DNA of 64,000 bases. Origin: an uncultured Acidobacteriota bacterium (lineage in GTDB: Bacteria > Acidobacteriota > Thermoanaerobaculia > UBA5066 > Gp7-AA6). The number at the start of each line of letters is the position of its first letter. The first letter of the stretch is position 1. Where the stretch lies: NCBI GenBank assembly GCA_963764715.1, contig CAVXTP010000003.1, positions 117,816-181,815 on the forward strand, written 5' to 3'. Under the pieces are notes generated by a model that made no database searches, was not told the DNA's origin, and was given only the letters and a program-made list of their open reading frames with translations. Positions 45,967 to 55,609 of this stretch are shown here, one piece after another. The translations under genes and the position numbers were made by a program.

Positions 45967-46000
45967 CTCCCGCCTCCTGCCGCCTGCCTCCTGCCTCCTG
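45967..46000. repeat. CTCCTGC heptamer tandem repeat
   Basis: ctcccgc ctcctgc cgcctgc ctcctgc ctcctg immediately before the ychF -10 box. Confidence 0.7.
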
Positions 46001-46015
46001 TAATATCCCCGCCCC

Positions 46016-47122
46016 ATGCTGCGCGCCGGAATCGTCGGGCTGCCCAACGTCGGCAAGTCCACCCTCTTCAACGCCCTGACGCGGACGCGCAAGGCCGAGG
46101 CCGCGAACTATCCGTTCTGCACCATCGAGCCGAACGTCGGCGTCGTCACGGTGCCGGACGCGCGCCTCGAGCCGCTCGCGAAGCTGTCGAAGTCGGAGAA
46201 GATCGTGCCGGCGACGATCGAGTTCGTCGACATCGCGGGCCTCGTCAAGGGCGCCTCCCAGGGCGAAGGCCTCGGAAACAAGTTCCTCCAGCACATCCGC
46301 GAGGTCGACGCGATCGTCGAGGTCGTCCGCTGCTTCGAGGACAAGGACATCGTCCACGTGGCCGGCGGGCTCGACCCGATCGCCGACATCCAGACGATCC
46401 AGACCGAGCTCGTGCTCGCGGACCTCGAGACGGTGACGCGCGCCCGGGAGAAGCTCGAGAAGAACGCGCGCGGCGGCGACAAGGACGCGAAGCTCGGCCT
46501 CGCCGTCGCGGACAGGCTGCTTCCCCACCTGAACTCCGGCCGGCGGGCCCTCTCGCTGCCGCTCTCGCCGGAGGAGGCCGCGGCCGCGCGGCCCTTCTTC
46601 CTCCTGACCATGAAGCCGATGCTCTACGCCTGCAACGTGGCGGAGGCGGAGCTCGCGACGGCCGAGACGGCGTCGCCGCAGGTCGCCGCCGTCCGCGAGC
46701 ACGCCCGCACGCACGCCGGCTCCGAGGCCGTCGTCGTCTCGGCGGCGATCGAGGCCGAGCTGGCCGAGCTGCCCGAGGCCGAGGCCCGCGAGTACCTCGC
46801 GCACCTCGGCGTCGCGGACTCCGGCGTCTCCTCGCTCATCCGCGCCGCCTACCACCTGCTCGGCCTGCGCACGTTCCTGACGGCGGGCGAGAAGGAGACC
46901 CGGGCCTGGACGATCCACGCCGGCGACACGGCGCCCCAGGCGGCCGGCGTCATTCACTCCGACTTCGAGCGCGGGTTCATCAAGGCCGAGACGGTCTCCT
47001 ACGGGGACCTCGTCGCCGCGGGCTCGATCGCCGCCGCCCGCGAGAAGGGCCTTCTTCGGATGGAAGGCAAGGACTACGTAGTCCAGGACGGCGACGTCAT
47101 CCTCTTCAAGTTCAATGTCTGA
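46016..47122 (+). CDS. ychF: ribosome-binding ATPase YchF
   Basis: GLPNVGKST, NYPFCTIEPN, DIAGLVKGASQGEGLGNKFL, HSDFERGFIKAE. Confidence 0.97.
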   Translation: MLRAGIVGLPNVGKSTLFNALTRTRKAEAANYPFCTIEPNVGVVTVPDARLEPLAKLSKSEKIVPATIEFVDIAGLVKGASQGEGLGNKFLQHIREVDAIVEVVRCFEDKDIVHVAGGLDPIADIQTIQTELVLADLETVTRAREKLEKNARGGDKDAKLGLAVADRLLPHLNSGRRALSLPLSPEEAAAARPFFLLTMKPMLYACNVAEAELATAETASPQVAAVREHARTHAGSEAVVVSAAIEAELAELPEAEAREYLAHLGVADSGVSSLIRAAYHLLGLRTFLTAGEKETRAWTIHAGDTAPQAAGVIHSDFERGFIKAETVSYGDLVAAGSIAAAREKGLLRMEGKDYVVQDGDVILFKFNV

Positions 47123-47897
47123 GCCCGTGTTCCGGCGGGCGATCGTGCGGGAGCCGGCGGCGAACTTCGCCGAGGGCCTGACGACCGTCGACCTCGGGGT
47201 TCCCGACGTCGAGCGGTCCCTCGCGGAGCACGCGGCGTACTGCCGGGCCCTCGTCGAGTGCGGGCTGGAGCTGACGCGGCTGCCCGCGGACCCGCGCTTT
47301 CCGGACTCGACGTTCGTCGAGGACGCCGCCGTGATCGCCCCGGGCGGCGCGGTCCTGACCCGGCCCGGCGCGCCCTCCCGCGAGGGCGAGGTCGCGGCCA
47401 TCGCCGGGGCGCTCGCGCCGTTCTTTCCCGCGCCGCGGCGGATCGAGGCGCCGGGCACGCTCGACGGGGGCGACGTCTGCGAGGCCGGCGACCACTGGTT
47501 CATCGGCCTTTCGGCGCGGACCAATGCGGAGGGCGCGCGGCAGCTCGCGCGCTTTCTCGCCGACGACGGTCTCTCGTCCTCGACCGTCGACATCCGCGGC
47601 GTCCCCGGCATCCTCCACCTGAAGAGCGGGATCGCGTGGCTCTCCGGCCGGCGGCTGGTCGTCATCGATTCGCTGGCGGGAGGCCCGGCGTTCGCGGGCT
47701 GGGACCGCGTGCGCGTCGATCCTTCCGAGGACTACGCCGCCAACGCGGTCGTGGTCAACGACGCCGTCCTCTTCGCGAAGGGTTTCCCCCGGCTCGAACG
47801 AAGGCTCGCCGACCTCGGCTATCGGCCGCTCGTCCTCGACATGTCGGAGTTTCAGAAGATGGACGGCGGCCTGAGCTGCCTGTCCCTGAGGTTCTGA
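47115..47897 (+). CDS. dimethylarginine dimethylaminohydrolase family protein
   Basis: FPDSTFVEDAA, LDGGD, HLKSG, GGLSCLSLRF. Confidence 0.9.
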   Translation: MSEPVFRRAIVREPAANFAEGLTTVDLGVPDVERSLAEHAAYCRALVECGLELTRLPADPRFPDSTFVEDAAVIAPGGAVLTRPGAPSREGEVAAIAGALAPFFPAPRRIEAPGTLDGGDVCEAGDHWFIGLSARTNAEGARQLARFLADDGLSSSTVDIRGVPGILHLKSGIAWLSGRRLVVIDSLAGGPAFAGWDRVRVDPSEDYAANAVVVNDAVLFAKGFPRLERRLADLGYRPLVLDMSEFQKMDGGLSCLSLRF

Positions 47898-47910
47898 CCG
47901 ACCGACCCCG

Positions 47911-47939
47911 AAAAAAAGAGGGCCCCTCGCGGGGCCCTC
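47911..47939 (-). terminator. intrinsic terminator of SLH paralog 2
   Basis: GAGGGCCCCTCGCGGGGCCCTC plus A7 (U-tract on minus strand). Confidence 0.8.
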
Positions 47940-47961
47940 CGGATTCGCGACTCGCTTCCGC

Positions 47962-50900
47962 CTACGGGCCGTACAGCGTCAACCCGAAGGTCTTCGTCAG
48001 GAACACCGCCATCTGGCCGCGGGTGTTCGGGTTGGTCGGGCAGAAGTTGCCGCTGCCGCAGCCGCCGGTGATCTGCCGCGCGGCGAGGTCCTCGATCCAG
48101 TTGGCAAAGGTCGACGGGCACGGGACGTCGCCGAACACGCTCGCACAGGCCGGGGGCACGTACGTCGAGCCCAACAGCGTCTTCAGGAGGAAGACGGCCA
48201 TCTGCTGCCGGAGCACCGGGTCCGACGGGCAGTAGTTCGCGCCGCCCGCGCAGCCGGCCGTGATGCCCTCGGCGGCCAGTTGCTCGATCCAGTCGGCAAA
48301 GAGCGACGGGCACGGGACGTCGCCGAAGATTCCGGTGCACGCCGGCGGCAGGTAGGTCGAGCCATGCTCGGCCTTCAAGAGGAAGACCGCCATCTGGGCC
48401 CGCGTGACGTTGTTGGCGGGACAGTAGCTGTCACCCGTGCCGCAGCCCCCCGTGATCCCCTTGTGGAAGATCGTCTCGATGAAGCTGTAGAAGTTGAGCG
48501 AGGTCGGCACGTCGAGGAAGCTCCCGCCCACGTGCAGAACCCAGGTCCGGATGTTCGTCACGGAGCCCGAGCGAGCCGAGATCAACGGCTGTTCCTGGAT
48601 CGCCGCGTCCCAGTGGATCGCCGGGCGCGTGGCCGGATTGTCGATCGAAAGGACCGGGCAATCGTTCGTCGCCGTCCGGCAGTTGTTGGTGGCGCCCGGA
48701 AGGATCGAACCGTAGTCGGCCGAGCCGTCGAGGATCGTGTACGTGGCGCCGGCCGGCCCGTCGAAGCCCGAGAAGATGCCGAGCAGGTTCGCGGCGCTCG
48801 GGCCGCCGTTGAACCAGCCGGGGTTGATCCCGAACGTCTCCCCCGGCTCGATCACGCCGTTGAGATTGGAGGTGCCTCCCTGGGGAGCCGAGCCCGGAGC
48901 CACTCCGACCGGCGCGTCCGCCGTCATCGAAACCGGTGCCGGCGCCCAGCAGCAGCCGGCGTCGCTGACCGTCAGCGTGTCGACCCACCAGCCGGTGGCC
49001 GTGATCGCATCGTCGGACACCAGGCGCCAGCGCAGCGTGACGTCGTGTCCGGCCACCGAGGGTGGCAGGTTGACGGTCGTCGTGATGTATCCGCCGGAAT
49101 CGCCGGTCCAGGCGGGCTGCCCGGCCAGCGGGCTGGCGGCGAACGGGTTGATGAAAGCGTTGTAGCCGCCCGCCACGAAGCTTCCGCCGGCCGCGGTGAT
49201 CTCGTTGAAGGTGTCGCCGTCGGTCGAAACCTCGAGGATGCCGCCGTCCCAGCCTTCCTCCAGGTCGAAGGCGTTGCGGAACGTGACCTGCGCCGCGGCC
49301 GACGTGATCGTGAACGGCGCCGAGTGGAGCCGCGAGTCGACGTTGACCGTCGTGTCGTCCCCGAACGCCGCGTTGGGGGGCGTGTCGGGCGTCGTCGTGG
49401 TGGTCACCCACGGGCCGGTTCCGGTCGTGGTCCAGCCCAAGGGAAGCGCGGGGGCCGTCACGCCGTCGAAGTTGACGCTGTCGAACTGGGCGACGATGCC
49501 GGTCGGCACCGAGTAGACCACGGTGCCGAGGTCCATCGAGCCGTGAAGGGGGTCCACCAGCTGGAAGGTCGGCGTGATCGCGGCGCCACAGGCCAGGAAC
49601 GGATCCGCCATGAACGTGAACTCGCGGCAGACCGAGGCGCCCGGGCCCTTGGAGCCGTAGCTCTGCGGTCCGGACGGGCTGATCACGCCGTTGCCGGGCA
49701 GCAGCGTCGCGACGAGGTCGGTCGTGGCTCCCCCGCCCTGGTTTTCCAGGCAGAAGCTGATCGTCACGAGCTCGCCCGGGTCGACGACTGAATTGCCCGG
49801 CTCGCAGCTTTCGGCGACGAGGCTGAAGCCGTCGGTCACGATCACGGGGGTCCCGACGAGGCAGAAGTCCGCGTCGGTCGTGTTCCCGTCGGTGACCGTG
49901 ACCGGTCCGCCGCCCACCAGGTAGCCGTTGAGCGTCACGGTGGCCGTGTAATTGCCGGGCGCCACGGCCATGGAGTAGTCACCGGAGGCGTCCGTGATGC
50001 GCGTCAACCCGTTTCCGAGCGAAACGACGGCCCCGGGGAGGGGCGCGCCTCCCGCGCACTTGCTGATCGTTCCCGAGAGCGTCCCGATGGGCGCCGCGGT
50101 GCAGCCGGGGAACTTGAAGCTCCCGACCCGCGTCAGCCAGCCCGCGCTCGAGCTGCCCTGGCTCGCCAGGGTGTAGTACTCCTGCGTGTACCAGAAGGTG
50201 CAATCGTCGACCGGGTCGATCGTCATCGCGCTGTAGTCGCCCCAGCGCGATCCGGGGTTCTCGTTGCGCTGGACGCCGGTCCCGGCGATCAGGCTCGTTT
50301 CCGCCTGCCCGAGGGTGTTCGGCGGGTCGGTCGTCAGCCGGCCGGCATAGCGGATCGACGGAAACGTCGTCGCGCTGGCGACCGAGTACCCGACCGCCAG
50401 GTTGCCCTGGTTGTCCTGCGCCACGCTGCCCATCCAGCGGCTGTTCGTGTCGGGCGCGTAGGTGCCCTGCTGGGCGACGGACCAGGCGCCGCCCGAGCGA
50501 TGCAGCTCGTAGAAACGGGGAGCGGCCTGGAACGTGTCGAGCGTCGTGCCCGTCCCGACGTTGACGGAATGCGTCACGACGAGCGATTCGTGATCGCCGA
50601 AATTCCGATAGGCCAGGCGGAACAGGAGCCGGTCGGTGATCGCGTCCAGGGCCGCCAGATCCGTCGCGGGCGCCGGCTGCCGGATGTCCCGCCGGCCCGG
50701 CGGCGAGGACGGGTCGAACGGCGCCACGGCGAGGGGGCTCTCCGCGCGCTCCGTGAAGGTCGAGGAGGCGGGATTGGCGAAGTCGACGTGGAAGTCGAAG
50801 AGACGCAGGCCGTCCGAGGCGTCGCCGAACTCGTCGGCGATGAAGTAGCTGAAGACATTGGGCTCCCCGGCGGCGGGCGGCACGCGCCCGTCGACGCTCG

Positions 50901-51795
50901 AGGGAAGCAGCCCGCCGATTCCTTCGGGATGGGAGGCCAGGTCGAGGTTGAAGTAGACCATTCCGGCGTTTGGGTCCCCGGCGAGCATCTTCGCGCGGTC
51001 GAACGCGAACGCGCCGGCGCCGTCGAACGAAATGCCGCCGATGAACTGGTTCGTCGTCATGTAGTAGGCGTCGGGCCACACGCCGAACTTGGGGTAGTCC
51101 GGGAACTCCAGGCCGGGCGTGTCGAAGTCGTACAGGTACCAGGATCCGGTCGCGTCGCCCGTGACCGAAACGGCGACGCACTCGTGGTACGGCGCCACGA
51201 AGCCGTCGTCGAGAAACGCGAACTGCGACAGCACCCAGCGGTCGGCCATCGGGTCGTAGACGACGATCGGATCGCCGTCGTCGTGGGTCGAGCAGATGCT
51301 GCCCGGCAGGGAGGCGAAGAGGGAGCTCATCTTGAAGGGCGTCGTGAGGGGGCTGCCGGTCTTGTCCCAGATCCGCACGAGGAGGTTCGTCGTCTGGACG
51401 TACTGCGTCAGGCCGGCCGCGCCGTTGGTGTCGGGCGGAAACAGCCGGAAGCCGAACGCGTCGAAGTTGTCCTGGCTGCTGTTGCCCTCGAAGTTCTGGA
51501 TCGTCGGGGGCATGGTCGCGCCTCCGACGGGCCCGAGCTGCAGCGCGCCGTCGCGCTGCCCCGTCGCGATCGGGTTCTGCGCCTTGGGAAGCTCCTCGTT
51601 CTCGCGGCCCCACAGCGCGGGCCGGTTGTCGCCCGGCCGCGGCGCGGCGGGCGGAAGGCTCTTCGCCGGCGCGGATATGCCGAAGGCGGAAGCCTTCACC
51701 GAGTTCGGCTTGAGGGGCGCGGCGGAGCCGGCGGCCAGCGCCGGAGCGGCGGTCAGGAGCGCGACGCTCAGGAGGGAAAGAGGGCGACCCAGCAT
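47962..51795 (-). CDS. large secreted surface protein with C-terminal SLH-like repeats (paralog 2)
   Basis: Same architecture as 39348-43169; near-identical C-terminus CPTNPNTR.QMAVFLTKTFGL.LYGP. Confidence 0.85.
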   Translation of the reverse strand: MLGRPLSLLSVALLTAAPALAAGSAAPLKPNSVKASAFGISAPAKSLPPAAPRPGDNRPALWGRENEELPKAQNPIATGQRDGALQLGPVGGATMPPTIQNFEGNSSQDNFDAFGFRLFPPDTNGAAGLTQYVQTTNLLVRIWDKTGSPLTTPFKMSSLFASLPGSICSTHDDGDPIVVYDPMADRWVLSQFAFLDDGFVAPYHECVAVSVTGDATGSWYLYDFDTPGLEFPDYPKFGVWPDAYYMTTNQFIGGISFDGAGAFAFDRAKMLAGDPNAGMVYFNLDLASHPEGIGGLLPSSVDGRVPPAAGEPNVFSYFIADEFGDASDGLRLFDFHVDFANPASSTFTERAESPLAVAPFDPSSPPGRRDIRQPAPATDLAALDAITDRLLFRLAYRNFGDHESLVVTHSVNVGTGTTLDTFQAAPRFYELHRSGGAWSVAQQGTYAPDTNSRWMGSVAQDNQGNLAVGYSVASATTFPSIRYAGRLTTDPPNTLGQAETSLIAGTGVQRNENPGSRWGDYSAMTIDPVDDCTFWYTQEYYTLASQGSSSAGWLTRVGSFKFPGCTAAPIGTLSGTISKCAGGAPLPGAVVSLGNGLTRITDASGDYSMAVAPGNYTATVTLNGYLVGGGPVTVTDGNTTDADFCLVGTPVIVTDGFSLVAESCEPGNSVVDPGELVTISFCLENQGGGATTDLVATLLPGNGVISPSGPQSYGSKGPGASVCREFTFMADPFLACGAAITPTFQLVDPLHGSMDLGTVVYSVPTGIVAQFDSVNFDGVTAPALPLGWTTTGTGPWVTTTTTPDTPPNAAFGDDTTVNVDSRLHSAPFTITSAAAQVTFRNAFDLEEGWDGGILEVSTDGDTFNEITAAGGSFVAGGYNAFINPFAASPLAGQPAWTGDSGGYITTTVNLPPSVAGHDVTLRWRLVSDDAITATGWWVDTLTVSDAGCCWAPAPVSMTADAPVGVAPGSAPQGGTSNLNGVIEPGETFGINPGWFNGGPSAANLLGIFSGFDGPAGATYTILDGSADYGSILPGATNNCRTATNDCPVLSIDNPATRPAIHWDAAIQEQPLISARSGSVTNIRTWVLHVGGSFLDVPTSLNFYSFIETIFHKGITGGCGTGDSYCPANNVTRAQMAVFLLKAEHGSTYLPPACTGIFGDVPCPSLFADWIEQLAAEGITAGCAGGANYCPSDPVLRQQMAVFLLKTLLGSTYVPPACASVFGDVPCPSTFANWIEDLAARQITGGCGSGNFCPTNPNTRGQMAVFLTKTFGLTLYGP

Positions 51796-51828
51796 GGTGG
51801 CCTCCGTTTTTTAGATGAAGCTGGTTGG

Positions 51829-51857
51829 ATTCTTTGGCCGAACGACCTTCGAGTCAA
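51829..51857 (-). promoter_or_regulatory. sigma70-like promoter of SLH paralog 2
   Basis: TTGACT-N17-AAGAAT. Confidence 0.55.
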
Positions 51858-52010
51858 GGACGGAGACGCGGGGCCGAGCGCCCCGCCGGCACGCCGACCT
51901 CCCGGGATGACGCCTCGCCGAGACAACTGAGCTATCGTCTGCGGATGATCGCCGTGTCGGAGCTTCGGTCCGGGGAAGGACTGCGTCTTTCCGGCGGCAG
52001 ATCCCGAGCG

Positions 52011-53450
52011 ATGGCGATGACGGGGCTCGACCGGCGGGAGTTCATGAAGCTCTCGGCGTTCGCCGCCGCCGGGCTCGCCCTCGACCCGAAACCGCTCGCC
52101 CGCCGAGGCTCGCCCCGGCGCATTTTGATCCTCGGAGCGGGTCTGGCGGGCCTCTCGGCGGCCCTGCAGCTCTCCGAGGCGGGCCACGACGTCGTGGTCC
52201 TCGAGGCGCAACGCCGGCCGGGCGGGCGGGTCCTGACCCTGCGGGAACCCTTTTCCGACGGCCTCTACGCCGAGGCGGGCGCGGGGCGGATCCCCGAAAC
52301 GCACAGCCTCACGCTGCACTACGTGAAGCAGTTCGGCCTCGAGCTCGAGCCCTTCTTTCCGGCCCGCGGCAAGCAGGTCCTCCTCGTCGGCGGACGACGA
52401 ATTCCGTTCATGAAGCTCGAAGAGATCGACATGCGCGCCGTCACACTCGATCTCACTCCGGAGGAGCGGCGCCTCGGCCTCGCCGGGATGGAGGCGAAGT
52501 ACGTGGCCGACCTCCTCCACCGCGTCGGCGACATCGAGGCGCCCGGCTGGCCGCCGCCCGAGCTCGCCGGCATCGACCGCATGAGCTTCGGCGAGTTTCT
52601 CTACCAGAGCGGCGCGTCCCCCGCGGCGACGGCGTACCTCTCGCTCGGCTTCGAGAAGACGAGCGCCCTCGACAGCCTGCGCGACGCCACGCACCACCAC
52701 ACCCGGACCCTCTCGAAGATCCGCGGAGGCAACGACCGGCTGCCGAAGGCCTTCGCGGCCCGGCTCTCGCGGCTCATCCGATACGGGTCCCCCGTCGTCG
52801 CGATCCGCCAGGGCACCGAAGGCGTCGAGGCCGTCGTCGAGAGCGCGGCGGGAACGCGCGAGCCCGTCCGCGGCGATCTCATGATCTGCGCGATCCCGTT
52901 CACCGTTCTCCGGACGATCCCCGTCGAGCCGGCGTTCCCCGCTTACAAGCGCGGCGTGATCGACACGATCTCCTCGGGCTCCGTGACGCGGATCGAGCTC
53001 CAGACGCGGCGGCGGTTCTGGGAGGACCGCGGCGAGAACGGCTTCGCGTCGATCGACCAGGCCATGGAGATCTGGAGCCCGACCTGGGACCAGCCCGGGA
53101 CGCGCGGGCTGCTCCAGGCCTACGTCTACGAGGACCTCGCGCGGAGGGTCTGCGCCGAGGACGACGCGGGCCGGATCCGGTTCGGGCTCGACACGCTGGA
53201 GAAGGTGCACCCGGGCCTCGCGCAGAACTTCGAGGGCGGCGTCGCGAAGTGCTGGGACGAGGACCCGTGGGCGCGCGGGGCGTACACGCTCTATCGGCCG
53301 GGCCAGCTCTCGAACGGATGGGACACCCTCATCGAGCGACCGGAGGGGCGCATCCACTTCGCCGGCGAGCACGTCTCGCCGTACCCCGGCTGGATTCAGG
53401 GCGCGCTCTGGTCCGGCCTCCGCGTGGCGCAGGCCGTCAACGCGCGCTAG
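52011..53450 (+). CDS. flavin monoamine oxidase family protein with Tat-like signal
   Basis: DRREFMK, GAGLAGL, EAQRRPGGR, EAGAGRI, HFAGEH...GWIQGA. Confidence 0.9.
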   Translation: MAMTGLDRREFMKLSAFAAAGLALDPKPLARRGSPRRILILGAGLAGLSAALQLSEAGHDVVVLEAQRRPGGRVLTLREPFSDGLYAEAGAGRIPETHSLTLHYVKQFGLELEPFFPARGKQVLLVGGRRIPFMKLEEIDMRAVTLDLTPEERRLGLAGMEAKYVADLLHRVGDIEAPGWPPPELAGIDRMSFGEFLYQSGASPAATAYLSLGFEKTSALDSLRDATHHHTRTLSKIRGGNDRLPKAFAARLSRLIRYGSPVVAIRQGTEGVEAVVESAAGTREPVRGDLMICAIPFTVLRTIPVEPAFPAYKRGVIDTISSGSVTRIELQTRRRFWEDRGENGFASIDQAMEIWSPTWDQPGTRGLLQAYVYEDLARRVCAEDDAGRIRFGLDTLEKVHPGLAQNFEGGVAKCWDEDPWARGAYTLYRPGQLSNGWDTLIERPEGRIHFAGEHVSPYPGWIQGALWSGLRVAQAVNAR

Positions 53451-53453
53451 ACG

Positions 53454-54059
53454 CTAGGGACCGGCCGCAGGTTCCGGCCGGAACACCGTCGTCACGACGG
53501 GCTTTCCCGACTCGAGCGTCTCCGTCCACCCCGCCTCCGACAGGACGGCGAACACGAGCCGCGCGGCGCGCTTCTCCCCCGCCCGCGGGTCGTTCCCGCG
53601 CAGGACGAGGCTTCCCTTCTCGAAGCCGCCGGTCAGGCGCGCGATGCCCGGGAAGAGACTGTGCACGGTGTCGAGAACGTAGGTCCGCCGCGCGGGGTCC
53701 CAGGAGAGGACCGACCGCGCGGTGTACCCGCCCATCGGCCCGCGACCTTCGTCGGTCCACAGGAGGGAGAAACCGCCCGGCCCGGTCTCGACGGTGCGGA
53801 CGACGTGGCCCTCCGGGCCCGGGTAGCCCTCGTAGCGGCCCCGCTTGTAGCGCAGCGGCTCCGCCCAGGTCTCCTCGCCCTTCCATCGCCCCACCAGCAC
53901 CGCGATCCTGCGCATCTCCGGGGCGGGCGCGGGATACTCGACCGCGCCTTCGACCCGGGCGCCCCGCGCCCGCTCGCGCCCGGTCTCGGACTCGGGCTCC
54001 TGCGCCAGGCAGAGACGGGCGGCCGCGAGCGCCGCCGCGGCGCAGAGCGCGGCCCTCAC
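53454..54059 (-). CDS. secreted hypothetical beta-barrel protein (DUF1579-like)
   Basis: Signal peptide; PAPEMRRIAVLVGRW, SWDPARRTY; GTGA overlap with fbp. Confidence 0.55.
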   Translation of the reverse strand: MRAALCAAAALAAARLCLAQEPESETGRERARGARVEGAVEYPAPAPEMRRIAVLVGRWKGEETWAEPLRYKRGRYEGYPGPEGHVVRTVETGPGGFSLLWTDEGRGPMGGYTARSVLSWDPARRTYVLDTVHSLFPGIARLTGGFEKGSLVLRGNDPRAGEKRAARLVFAVLSEAGWTETLESGKPVVTTVFRPEPAAGP

Positions 54060-55057
54060 GCCGCGGGGCCCTGAAACTTCTCGAAGAGCTCGACCTCGGT
54101 CCGGCTTCCGATCGCGAGGGGCATGCGGGCGTGGAGCGAATCGGGGATCCAGTCCAGCACCGGCTGGGAGCCGGACGTCGCCCGCCCCCCCGCCTGCTCG
54201 ACGACGAACGCCAGCGGGTGGCATTCGTAGAGAACGCGGAGCTTGCCCGAGGCCCGTCCGCCCCGCGCGCCGTCGGCGGGATACATGTAGATGCCGCCTT
54301 CGAGGAGGAACCGGTGCACGTCGGCGACGAGAGAGGCCGAGTAGCGCGTCGAGTAGGGGCGGCCGGTCGCCGCGTCGGGGGTCTTGAGGTAGTCCACGAA
54401 GGCGCGGACCTGCGGCGACCAGGCGTGCGCCCGGCCCTCGTTCACGGCGTACGCGCGCCCCCGCTCCGGCATGCGCACGCTCTTGCGCGTCAGCAAGAAC
54501 TCGCCGATCGCCGGGTCGAGCGTGAAGAGGTGGACGCCGTCCCCGGTCGTGTAGACGAGGAGGACGGCCGGACCGAACAGGACGTAGCCCGCCGCGACCT
54601 GGTCCCGCCCCGAGCGGAGCAAGTCGGATGGGCCTCCCTCCCGCCGCGGGCGCACCGAGAAGATCATCCCGAGCGTGCCGTTGACGTCGATGTTGGAGGA
54701 GCCGTCGAGGGGGTCGAAGAGGACGGCGTAGCCGCCGCCCGCGGGCCCGGTGGCGTAGATGACCGGCTCCTCCATCTCCTCGGACGCGGCCAGCGTGACG
54801 AGGCGGCCGTAGTCGAAGGTTTCGACCAGGATCTCGTTGGCGACGACGTCGAGCTTCTTCTGCTCCTCGCCCTGCACGTTGGAGGAGCCCGCCACGCCGA
54901 GGGCGCCGGTCAGGCCCGCGCGCGAGAGCGCGCTCGCGATGCGCTTGCCGGCGACGCCGAAACGCATCAGCAGGAGCGACAGCTCGCCGGTCGCGCCGGG
55001 CGAGGCCTGCTGCTCCTCGAGGATGAACCGGTCGAGGGTGATGGGCGCGCCGCTCAT
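54056..55057 (-). CDS. fbp: class 1 fructose-1,6-bisphosphatase
   Basis: NVQGEEQKKLD, ASEE, FDPLDGSSNID, GKLRVLYECHP. Confidence 0.95.
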   Translation of the reverse strand: MSGAPITLDRFILEEQQASPGATGELSLLLMRFGVAGKRIASALSRAGLTGALGVAGSSNVQGEEQKKLDVVANEILVETFDYGRLVTLAASEEMEEPVIYATGPAGGGYAVLFDPLDGSSNIDVNGTLGMIFSVRPRREGGPSDLLRSGRDQVAAGYVLFGPAVLLVYTTGDGVHLFTLDPAIGEFLLTRKSVRMPERGRAYAVNEGRAHAWSPQVRAFVDYLKTPDAATGRPYSTRYSASLVADVHRFLLEGGIYMYPADGARGGRASGKLRVLYECHPLAFVVEQAGGRATSGSQPVLDWIPDSLHARMPLAIGSRTEVELFEKFQGPAA

Positions 55058-55071
55058 CGAATGCCGGACGC

Positions 55072-55590
55072 CTATTCCGTCTTCTGGCGCGTCATCTTCC
55101 AGCGGCCGGTCGAGATGGTTTCCTTCCCGGTCGGATTCGTCGAGAACGTCCCTTCGATCGTGTCGCCGGAAATGCGGCCGACGAACGTCGTCACGACCTC
55201 GCACTTGCAGGACGGTTCCTGGTACGGGTCCATGGTCCCCTTGACGACCCCGCCCTCCGCGTTGACGAAGCTGATCTGAAGCACCTGGGGCATCGTCGCC
55301 AGCGGGTCGGACCCGGGGGGCGCGGTGCTGAAACCGCCCTTCGGGACCATGAGGACGTCTCCCCGCGCGACCTTGCCTCCGGCCTTGAACTCGAACGTGA
55401 TCGAGCCCGTCCGCCCCGTCTCCGTGCTCGAGTAGTCGCCCACCCATTTTCCGACGAGGGTCGACACGTCCCCGCCCCCGACCGGCACGACGGGAGCGGG
55501 GTTGTCCGGCTGCTTCGAGGACGAAGAGGAACAGGACCAGGAGACGGCGGCCGTCAGCAGTGCGGAGGCGATGGGTTTCAGGCGCGACAT
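55072..55590 (-). CDS. hypothetical lipoprotein
   Basis: LLTAAVSWSC lipobox-like, LVGKWVGDY, PYQEPSCKCEV. Confidence 0.65.
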   Translation of the reverse strand: MSRLKPIASALLTAAVSWSCSSSSSKQPDNPAPVVPVGGGDVSTLVGKWVGDYSSTETGRTGSITFEFKAGGKVARGDVLMVPKGGFSTAPPGSDPLATMPQVLQISFVNAEGGVVKGTMDPYQEPSCKCEVVTTFVGRISGDTIEGTFSTNPTGKETISTGRWKMTRQKTE

Positions 55591-55609
55591 GGGGAGCCCT
55601 CCCGGCCCG

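Noticed and set aside
47894-47907. CTGACCGACCGACC resembling the TetR half-site
   Set aside because: Lies at a convergent gene end, includes the DDAH stop codon, and is not palindromic
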